Positions 43,687 through 60,270 of a DNA stretch of 64,000 nt are shown piece by piece. Each line of letters opens with the position of its first letter. The first letter of the stretch is position 1. The position numbers and the translations under genes are program-made. This DNA comes from the human T2T-CHM13v2.0 reference genome, Homo sapiens: NCBI RefSeq assembly GCF_009914755.1, contig NC_060933.1; one strand, given 5' to 3'. The notes below the pieces were generated by a model. The model did no database searches and had not been told where the DNA came from. It saw only the letters and a program-made list of their open reading frames with translations.

Positions 43687-45192
43687 GGTACTGGTACCAA
43701 AACAGATAAATAGACCAATGGAACAGAACAAAGGCCTCAGAAATAACACCACACATCTACAACCATCTGATCTTTGACAAACCTGACAAAAACAAGCAAT
43801 GGGGAAAGGATTCCCTATTTAATAAATGGTGTTGGGAAAATTGGCTAGCCATACGCAGAAAGCTGAAACTGTGCCCCTTCCATACACCTTTACAAAAATT
43901 AACTCAAGATGGATTAAAGACTTAAATGTAAGACCTAAAACCATTAAAAATCCCTAGAAGAAAACCTAGGCAATACCATTCAGGACATAGACATGGGGAA
44001 GGACTTCATGACTAAAACACCAAAAGCAATGGCAACAAAAGCCAAAATTGACAAATGGGACCTAATTAAACTAAAGAGCTTCTGCACAGCAAAAGAAACT
44101 ACCATCAGAGTGAATAGGCAACCTACAGAATGGGAGAAAATTTTTGCAATCTACTCATCTGACAAAGGGCTAATATCCAGAATCTACAAAGAACTTAACC
44201 AAATTTACAAGAAAAAAAAAACAACCCCATCAAAAAGTGGGTGAAGGATATGAACAGACATTTCTCAAAAGAAGACATTTATGTGGCCAACAAACATATG
44301 AAAAAAAGCTCATCATCGCTGGCCATCAGAGAAATGCAAATCAAAATCACAATGAGATACCATCTCACACCAGTTAGAATGGCAATCATTAAAAAGTCAG
44401 GAAACAACAGATGCTGGAGAGGATGTGGAAAAATAGGAATGCTTTTACACTGTTGGTGGGAGTGTAAATTAGTTCAACCATTGTGGAATACAGTGTGGCA
44501 ATTCCTCAAGGATCTAGAACCAGAAATACCATTTGACCCAGCAATCCCATTACTGGGTACATACACAAAGGATTATAAATCATTCTACTATAAAGACACA
44601 TACACACGTATGTTTATTGTGGCACTGTTCACAATAGCAAAGACTTGGAACCAACCCAAGTGCCCATCAGTGATAGACTGGATAAAGAAAATGTGGGACA
44701 TATATACCATGGAATATTACACAGCCATAAAAAAGGATGAGTTCATATCCTTTGCAGGGACATGGATGAAACTGGAAACCATCATTCTCAGCAAAGTAAC
44801 ACAGGAACAGAAAACCAGACACCACATGTTCTCACTCATAAGTGGGAGTTGAACAATGAGAACACATGGACACAGTTGGAAGGGGGAGGTGGCATCACAC
44901 ACTGGGTCCTCTTTGGGGGTTGGGGGCTGGGGGAGGGATAGTATTAGGAGAAATACGTAATGTAGATGATGGGTTGATGGGTGCAGCAAACCACCATGAC
45001 ACGTGTATACCTATGTAACAAACCTGCACATTCTGCACATGTATCCCAGAACTTAAAGTATAATAAAAAAAAAAGAAGAGGAAGAGGAAGAAGATGAACA
45101 AGAATAAGAAGAGGAAGAGGAAGAAGAAGAAGAAGAAGAAGAAGAAGAAGAAGAAGAAGAAGAAGAAGAAGAAGAAGAAGAAGAAGAAGAAG
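43687..45192 (+). mobile_element. 5'-truncated L1PA7/8-like element with tail converted to (GAA)n
   Basis: ORFs 43993..44852 are the ORF2 C-terminus; 3' UTR; gcagctgg duplicated on both sides. Confidence 0.92.
45073..45192. repeat. Purine tract with (GAA)24 pure core (45120-45191)
   Basis: Directly visible. Confidence 0.96.
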
Positions 45193-45329
45193 GCAGCAGC
45201 TGGAGATAAAAGGTCACACAAAGAACAATTTGTGTAACATAAAACCTCTTGACTGTGACAATGGAAGCAAAAAAAAAAAACAGTAGAACAATTTATTCGA
45301 AGTGGAGTGTTAAGAAAAAAATGGCTCTC

Positions 45330-45645
<316 letters not shown>

Positions 45646-47443
45646 TCATTTTGTTCCATGATGCAGCAACAAATGATTGTTCCAAAACTGCAGATTATAG
45701 CAGCAAAGCTTTATTTTTTTTGCCTGTATTACATAGGGGCTTAGTAAGCTATCAGTGCACTAGCTCTAGATCATGTTTTGTCTTTATGGCATCTAGACTA
45801 TAGGAGTAATCCCAATTTGGAACATGTGTTTCTTATGACAAAAGGAAAGGAACAAGGGCAGAATAATGTAATGACCCTTAAACTTCTGTGAGACCTGGCA
45901 CACATCACTTTTGCTCACATTTCTATGGGCCAACCTAAGTTTTGAAGACAAGATGGATACCTGTGTGGTAGGGAAGTATACTCCTCCCACAGAGAAAGAA
46001 AGCAAATTATATGGCAATGAGCAGGGATATAAAATATTCTTATAGGGAGCGGAGCAAATAATTAGAAAAAATAATATAGTGTGTTACAATTCAGTATTGT
46101 GTACCTAGACAGTTCTTATCTTTCAAGAACACAGCAAAATAAATCATTTTCAGATAAATAAAAGTGAAGGATTTTACCACTCACAAATCTTCACAAAAGG
46201 AAATTCTGAGGATTGTACTTGCGAAGGGAAGGAAAATACTTATAGAAAGAAGGTCTAAAATGCAAAAATGAATGGTGAACAAATAAATTTAGATATGTGA
46301 CAAAATCTAACATTATAAAAAACAATAAGAAGTCTAAATTGTAGTATGAAAACAAAACAATAGAATTTGTGTGTGTGAGCGTGTGTGTGTGTGTATACAA
46401 ATCCAGAAAAGATCATTCTTTGCTAACTTCTGTGAATGCCCATCTCTTCTGTCTTCTCTCAGTACACATCTTAAATCCCTGGCTTCACTAGCTAACTCCT
46501 AGTCTACTAATTATTTTAGGATTTTTTCTAATTTCTAATCTAATTTTTAAAAACCATCTAAGATTAACCCCATTAGAAGTCTAGACTGGATTGTTTCACT
46601 GTTTGTCTAGCACTCTGCCATAGTATCCTATTATAAAAAGTTATCAAACTGGGCTATTATGGTCTGTTCATTATTCTATCTCTCACACTAAAGTGTGGAT
46701 CAAGATCTTTGGCATTTTTATGATGTATTTCATGCATTTAGCACAATGATTGTAGACCCCCAAATAAATATTTATTGAATGACAGAAGGAACTGAATGTA
46801 GGATAAAAAGATATAGTTCTTTTCCTTTTGGAATTGAATATTTTTAACATTTATTAATATATCTCTAAAGGCGAGCAAATGCCATTTATTGTTTTATACA
46901 CTTCCAGTGAATTCAGTTATGTTCACTAATTTATAGGTTGTCATAACTTTTCCTGAGAAGCAGAGAAAAGAGGGAAATTACTATCAGTTTATAGATAAGA
47001 TCACTGAAGCTCAAAGCAGGTAATATCTCTTTCGTAAGGTAGTGCTACCATTCAGATCCAAATGTCTTTTTAAAAAATCAACATTCAGTACATAAAAATG
47101 ATTCTTTCAAAGTCTCAAAACTATAGTTCCTTATGTGGCATGAATAGAAAAAATAGCTCTATAATTATTATAAAGAATAATAAAACAATGTGAAATGCAA
47201 ATGACATCATTAGCTGAAATCCATAAAGCTAATATTACTTAAAAAACAAGTGTTTTCATTTTTCAAAAAAACAACACACAAACTGAAAACATCATTTTCC
47301 AGAATTTGTTTTTTCTTCTTTCTCTGTCCAAATATATTGAAGTGTTGAGAAACTGGTGGGTAATTGTTTTATCATTCATTCTGAACTCCACCCAGTGCAG
47401 ACTGCCTACATTCAAGCCAATTATCCTCATAAAATTAATTTCA

Positions 47444-49656
<2,213 letters not shown>

Positions 49657-50451
49657 AAATTAATTTCAGATTGATGTTGGTTTACTGTTTCAAGAACATT
49701 TAATTGAATATTTTAAATAAGACAGATAAAGTATTTTTATAAATAGGTAATAACACTGATATTAGTAAACTGTAAAAAATCAGCCTGCATAGATGCCTCC
49801 AGAGTCTGACATCAGAGTAATAGTTCCATTTTATGAATTTACCATTTTGTTTTCTATTTGTAGCACAAGAAACATTATACCAACAATGAAAGAAATAAAT
49901 AAAAAAGAAAAATATCTCACAATCCCAACTCACTAACAAATCCTTTGTTTTCATTTTTTATGTTCTTTGGGTCATAAGGAAACATGTTTTATGTGTTTGA
50001 AAGTATACTGTTCATTGTAATGTTTTTTCACTTGACATTACGTTATAAACATTTTTTACATTGTTATTTTTCACAATAAGTCTTTTAAATTAATGGTTTA
50101 TAGTCTGCAAATTTATATTTGGTGGTTTACTGAACCATTTCTTAGTTTTCAAACATGAAGCTGCTTTCCATTTTTTACTACTACAAATGATTTAGTAATG
50201 AGCATTTTTACATGTGTTTTTCCTTTTTCCCTAAAAATAATATGAAGTCTCAACAATAGCAACAACAGATCAAAAAAGGAACAATTTCAAGTTTTTGCTA
50301 TTTTGTTTTTAAAAGATGACTACAACTTATACTCTCAGTAGCTTACATGAATGCACCCATTTCAACACAAGCTCACTTGTACATATATGCTAATTTAATA
50401 ATTGTAAAAAAAACACCATTTGATTTTACATCTTTAATAAATAATCACATT

Positions 50452-50770
<319 letters not shown>

Positions 50771-52066
50771 CTAAGTGGCTGTTTGTACATGAACTCGTTG
50801 TTGCCCTGATAGAAGGACTGTTAAGACAATGATGAGGTCACAAAAGAAGCTGGTAATCCTCTGCGGGAGAAATGATCCTACCCTCCTTTAGCCACTTTGC
50901 AATTGCTGTTTCATTCTTCAACTGTGTCTGAAAGGGAGTCATGTTATGCTTTATTCCTACCACAAAATCACTCATTCAGTATTTTCTGATGTTGGAACAT
51001 GATGTGTGTCATTTTGCATCTCACCTTATGGAGAAAGTATGGATACCAATTCAGATAGGGAAGGGGTAGCTGCAGTCTCCATAATTGTATAATTACATCA
51101 TTATTTCTATTTGACAAATAATCTAAGAAATCATATAAGTAAAATATGAAAATTTTGCACTTAGGAGTACCACTGAATTTATTCATAATTGTGTCCATCT
51201 TTAAGGCCAGGATTAACACTTTGATTCTCAGGGGACTTTTTAAACGTATTTTGTAAAAATTGCTACTATGTGTTTAGTATCTGCTACATGCCAGACATTT
51301 CTTCACATGGTATAGCTAATTATCCCAGCAATCCTATAAAATAAATATTCATCATCTCCATTTTACAAGTAAGGAAATTGAGACTCAGAGGTTAAGTATC
51401 TTGCCCAGGTCCATTCAGTACACTCCTAGGCTGAATTTCATGTTTAATGTTTTCTCTCTTTAACATCTGTGATCTGTCACTTATTTAATTATTTAATTCA
51501 AAGGTTAAGTATATTTTCTTCTCTAAATTCACAAATTTCTATTGTAAATTTACGTTGACAGGAATATAATTTAACCCAGAACATTAATAAACTATAATCT
51601 AAGTAATTAAAATGCTCAACCAATAATTGTTTCTGATCTCAAACTAAGAAAGCTTTCTCTTTACATAAATTTTCACCTGGATGAAAGAAATCCCAGGGTA
51701 AATGAAATTCACTTTCTGGGCCCAATGCTATGTTATACCAACTGTGCTTTTCTGGACAATAGGCTCACTTGCCATTCTTTGAACATAATTTTTACCTTCA
51801 TCCTTCTGCACCTCAGCTCATTTTCAACTGCAAATCTCCTTCTCCAGTTATTAAGGGGCCAATCCAAAGGGCACCTTCCTTATGACAGCTTTCTTAGTCA
51901 CTTCAAAGTAACTCCTCTCTCTGGAACAGCCATATGACTTTGTTCTATATTCCTCTACATCATTATTTGTATTCTATGCAGTAAATGGAAAGAACGTGGG
52001 CTTTAAAGTTGTCTAGGTGACTCAATATTCTGCTCTAATCTAAATTGTCACTTTCTTAAAGATCAA

Positions 52067-52460
52067 TGTGTCAGCTATTTCTGTGTAACAAATCACCCCA
52101 AAATTTAGTGGCTTAAAACAATAAGCATTTCTTATTGCTCTTAAATCTATGAACAAGCTAAGTGGTTGGCTGGCAATAAGATGATCTAACCTAGGATGGT
52201 CTCAGCTAGGACAGCTGGGCTCATTTCCACGTAACTTATCCATTTCCAACAAGATGGCCTTAGTTTTTTCCACATGGAAGTGACAGAGTTTCAAGAGGAA
52301 ACAAGTAGAAGACCTCTTAGGGCCTAAGCAAAGAGACTGAGAGACAGAGAGAGAGACAGAGACTGACTCACTTCTTCCTTCACATTCTCTAATCACGAGT
52401 GCAGCTCAAATTCAAGTGGTAGGAGAATAGACTCCACCTCTTTATGGGAGAAGCTTTCAA
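52067..52460 (-). mobile_element. MLT1-type MaLR LTR
   Basis: tgtgtaacaaatcaccccaaaatttagtggcttaaaacaa. Confidence 0.7.
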
Positions 52461-53599
52461 AATCAGCATAATGGAGTATCTACATTTCAGAGTTATAAAA
52501 TCAATAGGAAATTTTATTACAAAGTCCTTAGCAAGTGTTTTTAATATAATCTATACTCAATATATGCTAAATTATATATCCCTTATGTATCTTTGCCCCT
52601 CATATCTTACATGTATAGTAGGTCTATTAGCATTACCAAAATAATAGATTGTAGCAATATATATTTTGGAATACTCTTGGAAAACAGATTTTGAAAAACA
52701 TTTTAATACAAATATGCAATCAAATAGGTACATTACTTCCTGAAAATTATAATTAATTCAAGTTCTAGAAAATATATAGAAAATAAATACTGATGCTAAA
52801 AGCCAAGACAAATTTAACCATTTTTCTTCAAAGTCCTCAGTTTCTCAATTAATATTTTTGTGTCATATGAAAAGTGGGAATTTTAAAAGGAGGTATCTGA
52901 TCATACTCAATATATAATTTGTGCAGGGCCATTATTTTTGGCAATAGATTTTATTTTGTGGGAGTAAAATCAAGTATATAAATTCTGCATCACATGCTGG
53001 GAAAAAATCAGTATAGCTACACATTTCTCATGCTTCAAGGATTTTTAGTAGAAATCTATAGGAACATAGTAGAAATCTATAGGAACATAACACCTTTGAA
53101 CTTCACAGCCTCAATGTATCTTAGACAGACATGATGAGAATGCATTCCCATGAGTTTTACTTGCTGAAGTAAAACTCGTGTAGTGTTTAGCAGCCAAACA
53201 AATGTGCTGATTTTATTTACAGTTTTAGAACCTACCTTTTCTTTTCAAAGAGCCTTTAAATAATAATCTGCCTAAACCAAATGTCCACTTTAGAAATGGG
53301 TAAATTAGAGCAAATTGAATATACCTGTGTTGTACATGCAGTAAAACTCGGAATTTGGATTTGAGTCACATAAAAATGGATACAATTTTCATTCAATTCA
53401 TTCAATGAGGGAATATAATCCCCTATAATAATGTAACACATAACTTCTCTAACTAACCTACTACAGATTCATATGTTTCTATAGAACCCTGAGGTTGTGC
53501 TTTAGTGTTTCCAACATTTGATTGGTATTTTATCTTTTACTCATGGCAATTTTTATATATATTTAAAAAAAACACTCAAGCTTGAATATGCTATATACA

Positions 53600-54300
53600 A
53601 CATTAAAGTTTTTTAAATCAATGTTTTAAAATTATAAAGTAGTTCAAAAAACTCAGATCACAATATAGAGTACTATAAGGAAAATTATGCACTTAGCCCC
53701 TATGTTTATCATATTGTCATATTATTCCACACTTCCTGTAGTTATAGTTACAGTTCTCTATAAAATCCTTTATTTCCATTATCTTTGCTCCCACTCAGTG
53801 GTAATCTGTTCTCACTAATTCCAAATGTATCATTTACAGTTAAGTTTTCTAATATTTCTATGTTTTTATTCATGTGTAAATAATATATAGTATGATTTTG
53901 CAGAATTTTTAACTATTAAATGCTATCTTAATACAGGTATTATTTTCAAATTGTTTTGTTTTATTCAACGTTATAAATATATGCTTCATTCCTACTAATA
54001 TATGTGTTGCTCTAGTTTATTTTTACTGCACGATTTTTACAGCATTCTATTTTATGACTATATCAACACAATTTATTCTATTGATGGGCACTTCAAATAT
54101 TTTCAATTATTCTCTTTTTCAAATAATGCTGCCATAAACAGCCTTGAACATTGTATCCTTTTGTGTACATAGAAGAGTTTCTTTGCTAGAAAAGGAGCTG
54201 CTGAGTTGTAGGGAATATTCATCTTCAAGTTTAATAGATATTACCAGTATACAGTTCACTATGTATGAAGCTTACATATTTTTCTTTCTAAAAGAGATTA
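53600..54300 (-). mobile_element. Old L1M(E) 3' relic
   Basis: ctattgatgggcactt...aataatgctgccataaaca...; approximate. Confidence 0.55.
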
Positions 54301-57300
54301 TGTTCTTTCTTGTGATAATATAGTGACACCTATAACCTACTGTGATTCTTTTTTCCTCTGGATTCAGATCTCAGTATAGTACTCAACCATGGTAACTGCT
54401 AGACTCTCCTCATCAACATTATGAGTCATGATTAAACAATAGTGAAGAAATCATATCATTTCTTTCTGCATGGTTTGCAGCAAAGAAGGCATTTGTTTTG
54501 TGGAAAGTAGAAATCAGGAATGTTAGACTGGGCACCTCTCTCTGTTGCCCTATCAGGGGAATGTTTGATTAGGTAAAGACTGACTGTATCCTAGTAAGTC
54601 CTCTGTAAATAGGCATACAGATCTCACAGGGCAAGGCTCTCGATATTTTGCAGCCTGGGAATCAAGAGTTAAATATTTTTACCCCTCCACCCCTGAATTC
54701 TCCTGGAAAGCCTATACATCAAGAAGCTCATCTTGTCTTTGGAACAAGACATCTTTGGTTTTTGATGTGTTACAGCTCAGGATCTAGCAATTTTTGTCCT
54801 CCTTTCCCAATCCTACCAAAAGTGATAAGCCTATTGGGGCCTACTGCCCTGATTCCGATCTTCCATATAGCCTCAAGTTCTCACGATATGTTAGCAAGAC
54901 AATAATCTCTCCAATTCCCAGATGCTTCATTTATTTACAAGGGAGGTAACTAGGAATCGGGGAGGAAGTGTATTTTCTCAACACAGCCAGAAAGCGGCAA
55001 AAGAGAATGCAACCTACGCTTGCTTCTTAGCAAAATGTTCTTTGTACTATACAATTTATCCAAAATGATTCCCTTTAGTTTCTCTAGTTTTTCCTCTGAG
55101 ACTTTGTCAGTATTTGCTAGACAAAATTGGATTTTGTAATGTATTCCTAGAAATAATGTTATATAAACATGAACTTTAGTCTCAACATTATGTAGGTCTT
55201 CTGCATGCAATATTCTCTCCAGGGAAATACTATGTTTTGCCTGTTGAGACTTACAGCCTCAGAAGTTCAAAGTAGGAATGGACTCTCAAAAAGTTACTCA
55301 ATACTCTCAATTCCCAAATGAAACAAAAGTGAAAAATAAAATATAAAGAGGTTAAGTTACTTGCCCAGGGCCATGCTTCTAATAAGTGGCAGAACCACTA
55401 TCATATTTTTTTCTGGTTATAACATTAAAGAATAAAATAAAAATCCACCATAAATTCCTACCACACAGAGATACCTACTATTAAAATATAATTGTGTATT
55501 TTTCCAATTGTGTCCATTAAGAGGAGAATCAATAAATAAATTAATTGCAGTATTTATTTGATACCATAATAATTACTACAGTTCTTTCGGGTTTAAATTC
55601 AATTTGAGTTTTTATTAGATGTGTGTCCTTGGGCAGGTTAATTAATTTATCTGGGCATAAGTTTCCCCATAAATAGGAGAAAATAGTAGAGCTGTTTTTA
55701 AGATTAGATGTCATAATACATGATAACATTGTCTTCCAGTAATCAATGTTTAGTGAAGCATAGCTAAATCATTCTGTCCAAATAAGTGAAAACATAGTTT
55801 GTGCTTCATTATAACAGGAAATATGTATTTTTATATTTTCTGGGCATTCTATAGTACCATATACATACATATATGCACACACATATATACACTCTAATTT
55901 ATATTTTAAAATGTGAATTGTGTAGGAATAATTTTGTGTTTCTCTCCCATTTTAAAGAAAGGGAATCTATCAGGTCAATCAGAAACTTAAGTTATGTTGA
56001 CCATAATTCTATGCCAGGAATTGGCATCGTACTGGGCATAAACACGCAAAAATTGTCATGTTCTGGAACAGAGAATCAGCTCAGTGGAAGCACTTATATC
56101 ACAAACTCAACCACACCTTGGTGTTCAGCAATTAGATTCACATATGCATTACAAATTAGAAAAAATGACAAAGTATAGAAATATAACATTAACTATTTTA
56201 AATTGTGTGTAACTATTAGGAATATATATTATACACAAGCATATATTTGAATTAGGAGTAAATACTCTAGGTTGTTATCACTGCCTTTCTCTAGAAGTTT
56301 TTTCTAAATGTACTTTTCTATATTTTATTAATTCCCACTGTGAATTGTAAAACTCTTATAATTAGAAAGTTGCTAAAAGAGAAGTCAATCAAGGGATGTG
56401 TTCTCCCCTTTATGAATTATTGAGTATATCTGAAACTAAATACCCTTTATATTTGAATACAAAGATGAATCTTTGGTTGTCCAACTTAGACTGATTTCAC
56501 AAATTACACTGTGCCGTGAATTAGGCCACAAATCTATGTTTTTGCCTATACTGCTCCAACGGCCTGGTATCCAGTTTTCTCTTTTTATCTCCACTACTCT
56601 GTTATCACCCTAAGAAAAAAACTTAACCATCTCTACAGACACAATTAGTTTCTCTTTCTGAACTAAGACTTTTAAAATTATCTACTAAAAATTGAGCACT
56701 TCTATCTTTTTGACCGACTGTAGTTTGAACATATATTTTTCATAAACCTGAAACCTGAAGCAATTATTTTGTACTTTTCCAAGTATGTGTCTGTACCCTG
56801 AGATCAGAGGCTCTGTCCAATTATCTTTGTTTTCCCAGTTATTGGCAGACTAGGTGAATATTTGTTGAAGATGGGGTTGGAGGGAGAGAGGAGGATGGAA
56901 GGAATAAAAGAAAGAAGGGAGAGAGGAAATGACAAAAAGAGGGAGGTAGGAAACAATGAAATAAATATTTAGTGATGTGCAAAGAATAGATACCTCTCAT
57001 AGAGATTTGAAGCATCCCTGGGAATTTATTTGAGGTGAGTCTACTATTCATATTTTTCCATGCATAGACATACTTGTCCAAAAGGCTGAAAAAAAATTGA
57101 AATTAATGTCATGAGAGACAACTAGGTGAATCTAAAAATTAAAAAATGAATTGTGCATATTGATATACATGCTAGCCTTTGCAAAGAATTTTAGAATTTT
57201 TATAACACCTTTCACATATAGTCTTCTTAAAATCTCAGAGAAACCCAATGACCTAAATATTTATTGCCAGTTTAAAATTAGGAAACTGAGGTTCAAAAAG

Positions 57301-59729
57301 GTAAAATGACCTGTTCCAGTTTACACAACTAAAAAATGGCAGTTTATATTTTAGTAACACTTATCCAAAGTCTTAGGGGGCTTAACACAAACAAGGTTTA
57401 TTTCTCATTTGTGTTTTTCCACCATGTATCAGCAGGGAGAAACCACATATTGTAGACTCTCAGCAACCCAGGCTGATGCAGAAGGCACCATCTCAAACAT
57501 TACTAGTTATTGCATCAGAAGGATGGAGAACTCACCATTTCACATCAGCAATTAAATGTTCCACTTCGAAGTGACACATGCCACTTTTACTAACAAACTT
57601 ATTGGTCACATGGACTGACCCAACCACAGTAGGGCAAAGAAATACAATGTTAGCATGTGACTGGAAGTGAAGAGAACTGAAAACTATATGGCAATATTTT
57701 TACCTAGTATCTAATACTCCTGAGTGAGAATTCAAGTACTTTTTTGGTACACAAATAGAAATAACCTGCTCTTAAAATTTTAGATTTCTTAAAACTCATG
57801 TACATCAAAATAAAATTATTTTTATAATTGAATAATTTCTTATTCAGAAATAAGTTGGTCCTGAAGCAGTCTATTCTGAACCAGATAACTGCATGCAGTT
57901 TAGTTCAGTCTGTACCTGTTTAGTCCAATTCCATTTATATTTATATTTAGAGTTAAGACATATAAACATAATCTGATAAACTAGAGTCAGATTATAGAAA
58001 GGGAAAATAGGGCTTCTTCAAGAGGATTTTATTTAGGGATGAAGGAATTGGTATGAACAGAAACTGGCCTCTTTCAACATTGAGGTTTTATGTGTATCCA
58101 TCCTAGCCCCCAGCTATGATTGTGTATAAGACCAGGGAGGATAAAGGGGCTTTGTGTCAATTCCAAGGTCTGTTTCACTAGATAAGTCATGTTTCGAGAC
58201 CCAAATAAGTCTACTGTAGAATAATTATTTTTACAATTGAACATATCCTTTACAAGTGCAGGGGTGCTTGCATCTTGGCAGCAGTATTGCTGGTTCATGA
58301 CATCTTAGGCCACTGGAAATGGTGCCATTGTAAAGCCAAAACCTTTAAGTAGGTTTGGAGTCCAGCAGCTAGGAAAGCCTCATCAGACTAGCAAAAATGG
58401 TCATGACAAAAGAACATCTCAAAGAGCTCATATTCAGTAAATATTGCTGGTAGAAATCGAACCAATGCCAAAGACAGAGAGATGTAGTTTCTTCACGCAG
58501 AATCTCTATAGAACAGTTGAGGTTAGTGCCTGTGGAATCCTGAATTGGTTAATAACGATTAGTTGATTTCCACAAAGATTCATTCATTATATATCTACTA
58601 AGTACCTATTCTTTGCAAATCATGGTCCTAAATTTTTCTAGGTGTTGGACAACACTAGGTAAGTAAATAAATTTTCTACTCTCACGGAGCTAAAATTTAG
58701 GAGGAGGACAGAAAATATAAGTATATGAGGAAATAAAGTAATTTTAGATATTCACCCCCAGGATGTGAAAGAAAGGAATCAAGGATGACTTCTAGGGTTT
58801 GGTGAATAGTTATACCATTTAATGTATAATGTAGAAGAATAAGAGTTTCATAAGAGTTCCAAAATCAAGTGTTCAGTTTGGGACAAGTAAATTTTGAGAT
58901 GCTGACAAGATATTAGTGGAAATGTTGACTGGGCAGTGGCATTCAGGAGCTTGATGGATAATCATGTGTCTGCACTGCAACAAGCACTGATTTAGAGGTG
59001 GGAGCGTTGGTAGTGCAGCCTGGGGTAAAAATAAAGGCTGGCATCCATTGGCTGCCTGGACTGATTCATAGGTTATGTAACCCATCTCTTGTGTACACAC
59101 AAATGTGCCCAATATTGGGATATAAGAAATGCATCCAAATAACGTGTCCCCATGTTATTTTCACTGTACAATGTATTTCACAATTAATATTTAGTCAATG
59201 TGTACAGATAAGTGATGCTTTCTTAGGGGAGACAGTGTGGTATAATGAGAGGTTACTGGGTGTGGAGCCAAAGTGTGATAATTCTCCTTCAACGAAGAAC
59301 TTGTTGCTTCAACTGCTGGGAGTCCTATTGGCAGACAATCTTCAGCTGTCAGCACCTTCAGAGATTGATTCTGCCACAGAGAGCCACTTTTCTCAAGGTC
59401 ATGCTCCTTTCCAGAGTGGCCCACATTCAATTACTGATCTATTGGTCTAAGTGGGAATATTTATGCTGGGGCATCTAAGCCCAGCTTGGGACCACTCTGC
59501 AGGAAACTGCAGAATCTAGCCTAGTGGGGCTGGTAGTCATTAGGCCTGTGTCGCAACTCAGCTTCTGCTCAGTCCTGTTGCTAGCCTCCCATTCACAAGT
59601 GTTGGTGCCAAGGGCACTCTTTTATAAATTCCCGCTCACTACACACTATCCTGGCACCTGCTCTCTGGGGAACCCAACTTGCAGCACAGAGACTATTTCT
59701 ATTTTATTATTTACCATGTAAATATACTT

Positions 59730-60270
59730 GTGGTTGTTTGACAGCTTGGCAAAATTTTTGACACTATTCCCGGAAAAGTTGAAATCTCCATTCCCTACTT
59801 GTGAAACTAGATGGATCTTTGCTACTGTTTCAACAAACAGAGGAATATGGTGGGAAAGGGGGCTGTGTGATGTGTAACTTATGAAGCTAGAGAGCAAAGG
59901 ACATGAGATTTCTGCTGGTCCCTCTTGGACATTCATTCTGGGAGCCTTTTGTTCCCATGCACAAAGCCCAGCTACCCTGAGGTTGCTCTGCAGAGAGACA
60001 ATGGATAGAAAACAGAGAGTGTTACGTCTGAGGATCCCCAACTATTCTAGATCCCAGATGTTTGAGTTGTTTCAGACCAGGCACCAAACATGTGAATAAA
60101 GCCTTTGAGATGCCCTCAGCCCCAGCCATCAATGACGAAAACTGCATGAGAGACTCCAAACAAGGATTGACTAGCTAAGCCCAGGCAACTCTCAGGTGAG
60201 AAAAAAATTAGTTATTGTTTTAAGTCATTGTTTTAGGATGGTTTGTTCACAGCTATAAATAGTTGTAACA
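59730..60270 (+). mobile_element. MLT1-type MaLR LTR
   Basis: gaatatgg...gctgtgtga...actgcatgagagactcc...tgttttaagtca...gtttgtt. Confidence 0.65.

Noticed and set aside
54421-54972. AP-1 (atgagtcat) and ETS/PU.1 (gaggaagtg) motifs
   Set aside because: Isolated short motifs 500 bp apart; not distinguishable from background without chromatin data
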